From a virus: 64,000 nt of DNA. Below, piece by piece: positions 57,726 to 64,000 of this stretch; within the stretch, counting starts at the first letter, position 1; each line of letters begins with the position of its first letter. The position numbers and the translations under genes are program-made. The notes under the pieces are model-generated. The model had not been told where the DNA came from. It worked only from the letters and a program-made list of their open reading frames with translations, and made no database searches. The DNA lies in the IMG/VR virus record IMGVR_UViG_3300044213_000170, positions 32,001-96,000 of that record. One strand, written 5' to 3'.

Positions 57726-58795
57726 TGTTCTTCCTCTTGGGGTTCTTCGGCAGTCACGGTCGATTGTCGATGGGGATTTTTGCTGAAATCTTCCATAACC
57801 TGATCCAATGTGCCATCTTCATTTCGTTCCCATGCTTTTCGGAATTGTTTGATAATGGTACCGTCTGCTAATGTATATTTAAGACTATTGCCTTCTTTCT
57901 GCAATAAACCTTTAGATTCGATCATATCAACTAATCCGCTGTAGGGGTTCATTCCGGTTTCATAAGGGATTTTAATTTGGACTGATTCAAAAGGTTTCGC
58001 ATATCGTGTTTTCATAATCTTACAAGCGGCACGAATACCTTTAACTTCGCTGACTTTGTTGCCATCTTCATCCTCTTTGAGTTTAAGTTTACGCATTGCA
58101 ACAACGATAGAGCTTGCATAGATAAAGCCCTGACCACCTGAAATCTTGTCATCAGGATCAAACATATCCTGTGATGCGTAGGTGTGGTTAGTTGCAACGA
58201 GTCCGATATTCAAATCACCGATCATATTCACACAGTTACGAACAAGAGCAGTCAGTGCCTTTGGCTTACGTCCCATGTCACCCTTCATATCACCGGCTTC
58301 GAACTGATTAACGTCTGTTGGTGTCAACATCATACCCAATGAGTCAAGTACAAACATAACCTTTGGGCGACTATCTTCTGGCAGTGCCTTATACTCTTTA
58401 ACAAAGTCACTGATCAACTTAGCAACGTCGTCAATCATCGCTACGTTAAGTTTAAGAAGTTTATCTTCGGAAGTATCTACTCCCAAAGCATGTAACCAGG
58501 CCTCGTCTAATGCATTTTCTGTATCGACGAGAATAACATAAATTCCCTGTTCTTGTGCATTCTTGACTAAGTTTCCACTACAGATAAATGATTTACCTGC
58601 GCCCGATTCACCCGCAAATACTGTTACTTTACCTAACGGTACTCCTTTATTAAAATCGCCGCTGATAAGATAGTTTAGTGCATAATTATTTGTAGAGATC
58701 CAAGTGTCTGGATCGCGGAATCCGATACTGATTCCATCGATGCTTTTTGTAATATTTTTTCTAAATTTACTTACATCAAAAGGTTTAGTTGCCAT
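57722..58795 (-). CDS. uvsX: RecA/UvsX recombinase
   Basis: GESGAGKS, DTENA, LDSLG, NHTY, SGG, KTR. Confidence 0.93.
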   Translation of the reverse strand: MATKPFDVSKFRKNITKSIDGISIGFRDPDTWISTNNYALNYLISGDFNKGVPLGKVTVFAGESGAGKSFICSGNLVKNAQEQGIYVILVDTENALDEAWLHALGVDTSEDKLLKLNVAMIDDVAKLISDFVKEYKALPEDSRPKVMFVLDSLGMMLTPTDVNQFEAGDMKGDMGRKPKALTALVRNCVNMIGDLNIGLVATNHTYASQDMFDPDDKISGGQGFIYASSIVVAMRKLKLKEDEDGNKVSEVKGIRAACKIMKTRYAKPFESVQIKIPYETGMNPYSGLVDMIESKGLLQKEGNSLKYTLADGTIIKQFRKAWERNEDGTLDQVMEDFSKNPHRQSTVTAEEPQEEEQ

Positions 58796-58990
58796 GATTA
58801 GTTTCCTTAGTTAATTTTTAATATGTAGAGACAAATAGTTGTCTGTATTCCTATATAGCATTTTACGATATTCAAACAATTTAGTCGATAATCCCCGGAA
58901 TTTTCGAAAACTAATTGCAATTTCATGTTACATTTACAATAGAAATGTAGGGGACCGTCTCCCCTACAAGACACAAGCTAACAATAATAA

Positions 58991-59998
58991 TTATTGTTTC
59001 TGACGGTTACGAATTTGTGCTAAGATGTCCATGGCATTTTTACTGCCGCTGGCTGCAGGGGCAGTTACTGCCGGTGCAGAATCTTCTGTATCAAACGGAG
59101 GATTTTCTTCTACTGCTGCTGTAGGTAGTGGAGGTGTGGATTTAGTTACTACAGGAGTCGATGCTGGAGCCGCACCTGCATCACCACGCATATTATTCAA
59201 CTCGGTATTCATCATACCTGAAGGTTTGTAGTATGCACCCCAACGTTCCATATCGTATGGCTCACCATCTACAGATGCTTCGAACATCTCTTTGATGATC
59301 TTCAATTCGACTTCACTTGGTTTCTTAGGCAAAAAGTCTGCCAAGTTATACAAACCAAATCGCTCAATGGCTTGAAGTTCATCAGTAGTCAATGCATTTT
59401 CGCGACGTGCCCAAGTACTAGTACTATAGTCGGCGTATCCACCTTTCGAAGTTTTCTTGATGTTGAAATCAAGTCCTGCTTCGTAATCAGTTGGCATATT
59501 TTCTAACTCTGGATCCATCAATGCATTTTTAACCAAGTTAAAAATCTGTGGACTAATAACAAAACGACGAATTGGATTCTCTGGGGTTTTGTCGTCACTT
59601 AGCGGGTTCTCACGAACGAAGCCTTGGAACAAGTAGCTTTTCTTTTTCCAATATTTACGACCCATTTCCTCGAGTGCAGGATCTTTAAACCAAGTACGCA
59701 CTTCTGCCAGAACGGGACAAGATTCTTGCCACATTTCAACGCATGGTACTTGTACAAAAGTTGGTTTACTATCCGGTTGACCTTTGATGCCAGCGAATGG
59801 CAATTTGATCATTAATCGCTCGACCCAGAAAAAACTATTTTTATCATTTGCGTCAGGGAGGAAACGTACACGAGCGGTAGTTCCTTCTGCGATATTCCAA
59901 TGGGCGTAAATGCCATTGTCACCGCCTTGAGATCCTTGTGGACCTTTGTTTTCTTGTGCTGCCAATTTGGCGCGAATTTCTGCTAAAGATGTGGCCAT
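58991..59998 (-). CDS. gp32-like single-stranded DNA-binding protein
   Basis: RFLP, C...CPV, YWKKKSY, GYADY. Confidence 0.88.
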   Translation of the reverse strand: MATSLAEIRAKLAAQENKGPQGSQGGDNGIYAHWNIAEGTTARVRFLPDANDKNSFFWVERLMIKLPFAGIKGQPDSKPTFVQVPCVEMWQESCPVLAEVRTWFKDPALEEMGRKYWKKKSYLFQGFVRENPLSDDKTPENPIRRFVISPQIFNLVKNALMDPELENMPTDYEAGLDFNIKKTSKGGYADYSTSTWARRENALTTDELQAIERFGLYNLADFLPKKPSEVELKIIKEMFEASVDGEPYDMERWGAYYKPSGMMNTELNNMRGDAGAAPASTPVVTKSTPPLPTAAVEENPPFDTEDSAPAVTAPAASGSKNAMDILAQIRNRQKQ

Positions 59999-60153
59999 AA
60001 TATTTCTCCTTAAAAAATGCCATAATGTTTTGTGCCTAGATATAAACTTGCACCGTGCAAGTATATAACAATAATATTTAGCCTGTCAAGACAAAAAGTA
60101 AATTTTTCTTCCGGCACAGATTTAGTATAGCTGTGCTTTCGGTTAAAATCAAA

Positions 60154-61536
60154 TTATTTGGTTAAACCTGCCAAACGTTTAAGTATGCTGAATGATTCTT
60201 CGCTTTCGTGCACTGCTGCACTCATTCTGCTCAAATCCCTATCGTTGGTGCTGGCGCCGTAATTGCTTCTGGGATCCTGGACTGTCATTTTAGGAATTTC
60301 CATTTGAGCAGATAATATTACATTTTCTGCACGATCCACTTCTTCTTTACTCTCGAAATAATATACACCATCTTCAACTCGATATTCGAATCCCCATTCA
60401 TCCAATAGTTCATTTAATTTTTCATCAACGGTATCATCTGTTTCAAATTCAGGATGTTGTGTTGTATAGGGTTCAGGATTGTCTATTTTACTCAATGGGC
60501 TACTATTTTCTTCGAGGCTGTTGGCCCAAGCTTCGAATTCTTCGCCTACTTTGTCGCTATGTGATTTGTATGCGCGATGCACGATAGGCAATGCATCCAA
60601 TAACCGATCATCAAATACACGTTTGACAAATCGTTCTTTTAATGCATCCATATCAAATTCTTCTTCATCTAATACTTCAGGGGTCCACAATGCACGATAT
60701 TGTTCATATCCTCGTTGACCTCTGACTGTAAATAAATCTCTATGTAGTTTACCATAATGATCTATTGCAGCTTCAACCATCACTTGAGTTTCTACATCGT
60801 CAAATTTGCGACCTCGCATATTGCGTACAAAATGCTTTAGCGAATTCATTTCACTAATCAATTTGCTAATATGTTTGCCGAACTCGTCATGAATGGCGCC
60901 ACCGTTTTTAACGTGACGGGCATATGCGCGGGCCCCATTGACTGTGGTGCCTTCGGGTAGTCTAAAACGTTCTCCAAGGGAATTCTCGACGTAGAAACAT
61001 TCGATATTACGACTTCTTGCGCCGGGCTTTGTTTCGTCCACAATGGGTTTGCTATGTCTTGCTATGATTCGAACGTTTTCTAATTTTTGATAACTGCTGC
61101 GACTAGTACCATAAAATTTGTTTTCATTTAAGTTTACATCGTCTGAAGAGACAACCTCTGCATCTTTATTGGCGTGCTTTAAGTCACGCAAATTTAGCCC
61201 GCTTTTTGCAATATCTCTGATATCAAAACTATCAAAACTGTTTTGCATCGAGAAACGGCGTAGACCACGTAAAAACTGGTACCAATTGTTTTTAACTTCT
61301 TCGGGCATTTCTGCGTCGATTTCTTTGTCAAAATAAACTTTTAAAGTTTGATTGTCGACCATGCTAATGGTTATGTTTCCGTAATTTTTCCCGTTATCCA
61401 CATAGTCGAAGTTAAAGAATCTTGCCTTTGTAGGATCTACAGTACTTTTGGCATTTTCGTCGCCGATGTTGATATTCGAAAATCTATTGCGAATTTTATC
61501 AAATAAGTTTTCGGCCGTTTTTTCAATTGCTATCAT
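60154..61536 (-). CDS. hypothetical (probable head) protein
   Basis: 460 aa; TAAATA upstream; LNE sites; C-terminal LKRLAGL. Confidence 0.6.
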   Translation of the reverse strand: MIAIEKTAENLFDKIRNRFSNINIGDENAKSTVDPTKARFFNFDYVDNGKNYGNITISMVDNQTLKVYFDKEIDAEMPEEVKNNWYQFLRGLRRFSMQNSFDSFDIRDIAKSGLNLRDLKHANKDAEVVSSDDVNLNENKFYGTSRSSYQKLENVRIIARHSKPIVDETKPGARSRNIECFYVENSLGERFRLPEGTTVNGARAYARHVKNGGAIHDEFGKHISKLISEMNSLKHFVRNMRGRKFDDVETQVMVEAAIDHYGKLHRDLFTVRGQRGYEQYRALWTPEVLDEEEFDMDALKERFVKRVFDDRLLDALPIVHRAYKSHSDKVGEEFEAWANSLEENSSPLSKIDNPEPYTTQHPEFETDDTVDEKLNELLDEWGFEYRVEDGVYYFESKEEVDRAENVILSAQMEIPKMTVQDPRSNYGASTNDRDLSRMSAAVHESEESFSILKRLAGLTK

Positions 61537-61578
61537 AGTATAGTATTTATAAATTTATGCAAATCCATATGCTGCAAA

Positions 61579-63141
61579 TTAAAGCATAATAAATGGCATA
61601 GGGGTTAACAATTCTGATTCGTCTTTTAACTTTTCATCTACATTAGGATCAAAATCACGAATTACGCCGGCCATTCTGACTGCTAATAGCATACTCATGA
61701 CTAGGTCGTCTGTTTCACCGATCTTTGCTGCAAAACTGCTGCCTGCTGCAACAAACGTTTTTAACTCGCTGATCAGTGGTTTGCTGGCTAAATGTAATTT
61801 TTTAGTTTCTATTAGATTCTTAAGTTTGCTGCACGCACTGATTTTTGTTTTATGCGTAGTATTAAATCCTTTTCGATATCTGCGTGTTGCACCAGGTCTC
61901 CCCGGTTCGCTTAAAAAGATACCTTTAATGTTTTCTTCTCCGTATTCGTCAATGGCTATTAAAGCTGCTTCGCCCAATGTATTATTCTCTACACTATAAT
62001 ATACATCCGTTTCTGACCCAGTTTCATCTGAAATATATTTCACAATCTCTGCAAGTATTTTTATTTGTTGTTGTACAGGAGTCTTATTATGTTGCCATTC
62101 TCCTATTTGCAACATTGATGGCATTTCTAATATTTGTATGGCCGACGGATCTCCCCCTGTACCTAAACTCGGGTCAAGTGCTACACAATATAAATGATTT
62201 TTAGATGGTTTTTTATACCAACGCACTTGTCCTTGTTTTAACACTGGATCTATACCGGCCATTTCTGTTAAGAATAAAGGATTGATCAACGTTTCATCAT
62301 AAATGATGAACTCACATTCAATCTCTCGACGGAATCGTTCTTCTCCTAATTGAGATTTCATGCTCGCAGCCCACGCAGTGTCCCTGTCAGGATGTTCTTG
62401 CCATTTACTTCTGTATGCTTTAAATCCATTGACTCCCACTTCAGTTTCATTGCCAAACTCATCTTGCGTTTTATTTGCCTGTCTCCATATTTGTGCAAAT
62501 TGATCTTCGTCGCTGTTAGGAGTAGAAGTAATGATACATTTACCGCCTGTTGCCAATGTAGGGCTAATAGAAGTCCAAAATTCAGATGCTATTGTTGGTC
62601 GCACGAATGCAAACTCGTCACAGTATAATAGTGATATCGACATACCACGACCTGTGTTTTCTGTTGTTGTAGCACTTACTATACGTGACCCGTTGTCGAA
62701 ATCTACACTGCCTTTATTATAACTAGTAACACCTGCTCTTATAAAGTCAGGCACTGCTTCATATGCATATCGAATGCGTTGCATAATTTCTTGCGAACCT
62801 GTATATTTGTGTGCAGCAACCAAAATTGTACTGTCCGCCACAAACATTGCATACCATAACAAATACCCCGCGGCGGTAGTAGATTTACCCGTTTGGCGCG
62901 GCATTAAACTAATAGAATATCTATTTTTATGATATGTTTCGATTAGTCTGGTTTGATACGCATACGGCACATATTTCATCCGGCCACGAGTCGGGTGCTG
63001 TATGTAAAAATAATTATTTAGGAAATAATCGGGCCCAGTGTCAGGATCTGCACATTTTGCAAATTCAATTACCTGCGCTTCGGTAAAACTTTCAATTTGA
63101 TTCGGTTTTTTGATTAGGACCGATTCGAGTGGTTTTGCCAT
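61579..63141 (-). CDS. terminase large subunit (gp17-like)
   Basis: PRQTGKS, YCDEFAF, TSTPN, LDPSLG, DDLVM. Confidence 0.95.
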   Translation of the reverse strand: MAKPLESVLIKKPNQIESFTEAQVIEFAKCADPDTGPDYFLNNYFYIQHPTRGRMKYVPYAYQTRLIETYHKNRYSISLMPRQTGKSTTAAGYLLWYAMFVADSTILVAAHKYTGSQEIMQRIRYAYEAVPDFIRAGVTSYNKGSVDFDNGSRIVSATTTENTGRGMSISLLYCDEFAFVRPTIASEFWTSISPTLATGGKCIITSTPNSDEDQFAQIWRQANKTQDEFGNETEVGVNGFKAYRSKWQEHPDRDTAWAASMKSQLGEERFRREIECEFIIYDETLINPLFLTEMAGIDPVLKQGQVRWYKKPSKNHLYCVALDPSLGTGGDPSAIQILEMPSMLQIGEWQHNKTPVQQQIKILAEIVKYISDETGSETDVYYSVENNTLGEAALIAIDEYGEENIKGIFLSEPGRPGATRRYRKGFNTTHKTKISACSKLKNLIETKKLHLASKPLISELKTFVAAGSSFAAKIGETDDLVMSMLLAVRMAGVIRDFDPNVDEKLKDESELLTPMPFIML

Positions 63142-63206
63142 TGTTTTAAATTCCAGTTTCGTGTATAATAAATATTTATGTAAACCAATCACAGTGAGAT
63201 TTCAAA

Positions 63207-63731
63207 ATTTCTGACGTACTTTTATTAAATAGCGACTTTAATCCTATTAGCATTCTGCCATTAAGTGTTATTAGTTGGCAGCACGCTATCAAATTGCATT
63301 TCTTGGATCGTATTACCATCTTAGAGGAATACGACAATTGGGAAATACGTAGTGAATATTTAACTATGAAAGTCCCAGCAGTGGCGGTAACCAAGGAATA
63401 CTTTAAATATAAAAAATCTGCTAAGTTCAGTAGAGCCAATCTTTTCTTACGAGATCTATACCAATGTCAGTATTGCGGAGATACTTTTGATCCAAAAGAT
63501 CTAACGCTAGACCACGTAAAGCCCAGAAGTCGGGGAGGTCTAACTAATTGGGAAAATTCTGTTACTGCTTGTAAATCTTGTAATTGGAAAAAAGGCGATA
63601 AAGATATAAAGCCATTGCGAGCACCATTCAAGCCCGAACTATTTCATTTAATTAACAAATGGAAACAACGGCCAATTACTGTGCGGCATCCAAGTTGGTA
63701 TGCTTATTTGGGGATAGAGCCGTTTAAATAG
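63207..63731 (+). CDS. HNH endonuclease (probable ATT start)
   Basis: LLLNSDF.P N-terminus, RD.YQCQYCG, DHVKP..GG, CKSCN. Confidence 0.8.
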   Translation: MSDVLLLNSDFNPISILPLSVISWQHAIKLHFLDRITILEEYDNWEIRSEYLTMKVPAVAVTKEYFKYKKSAKFSRANLFLRDLYQCQYCGDTFDPKDLTLDHVKPRSRGGLTNWENSVTACKSCNWKKGDKDIKPLRAPFKPELFHLINKWKQRPITVRHPSWYAYLGIEPFK

Positions 63732-63933
63732 GCTTTTCCCCGGTAAGATATGGTCTTGCAAACCAGAGTTTAAACCAGGCCTCTGTGCCTGGTTTAATTT
63801 TATGCTCTCGTTGTAATTTGGCTTTTTCTGTTCCAGTATAACTTATGTTATCCGGTTGGCCGATTTTATATTCTTGAATATTTGGGCGATTAGTAATGCC
63901 GGCTAGCAATTTAAGTTGTTGTAAATCATCCAT
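63724..63933 (-). CDS. hypothetical protein
   Basis: LKLLAG, IKPGTEAWFKLWF. Confidence 0.6.
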   Translation of the reverse strand: MDDLQQLKLLAGITNRPNIQEYKIGQPDNISYTGTEKAKLQREHKIKPGTEAWFKLWFARPYLTGEKPI

Positions 63934-64000
63934 TATACACCGTATTTGTTCTTTTTCTTTTTAGATACAGGACTGACTTTATTTACATTGCTTAATTCTT
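63933..64000 (-). CDS. C-terminal end of a gene entering from outside the window
   Basis: ...NKVSPVSKKKKNKYGV*. Confidence 0.5.
   Translation of the reverse strand, partial: ELSNVNKVSPVSKKKKNKYGV

Overview
This AT-rich 64 kb window comes from a large (jumbo-type) tailed dsDNA phage with T4-like core genes, almost all on the minus strand. The left part holds glutaredoxin, nrdB, a split nrdA, virion and tail proteins, helicase and primase, a mini DnaE-like protein, a clamp-loader subunit, and a UvsW-like helicase fractured by a split intein around a free-standing endonuclease. The middle holds early genes, three fatty-acid desaturases, phosphatases, and an RF1-like release factor with an in-frame UGA. 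Roughly 40.1-53.3 kb is an RNA island: about 33 tRNAs covering all 20 amino acids, a GOLLD-like RNA with an embedded tRNA, a YrlA-like permuted tRNA-like RNA, an endonuclease-invaded structured RNA and a family of long-stem small RNAs. The right part holds a DNA methyltransferase next to a nuclease, uvsY, uvsX, an ssDNA-binding protein and the terminase. The best candidate for a new system is translation-sensing control of the phage translation kit, with three parts. (1) A 47-codon leader peptide contains all 20 amino acids, and its stop codon caps an antiterminator that competes with an intrinsic terminator upstream of most of the tRNA array. (2) A Lys/Arg mini-leader switch lies in front of the two tRNA-Lys genes. 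(3) A release factor is gated by an in-frame UGA and co-occurs with an A24 (Hirsh-type) tRNA-Trp. All calls were made by eye; no searches or folding programs were run.
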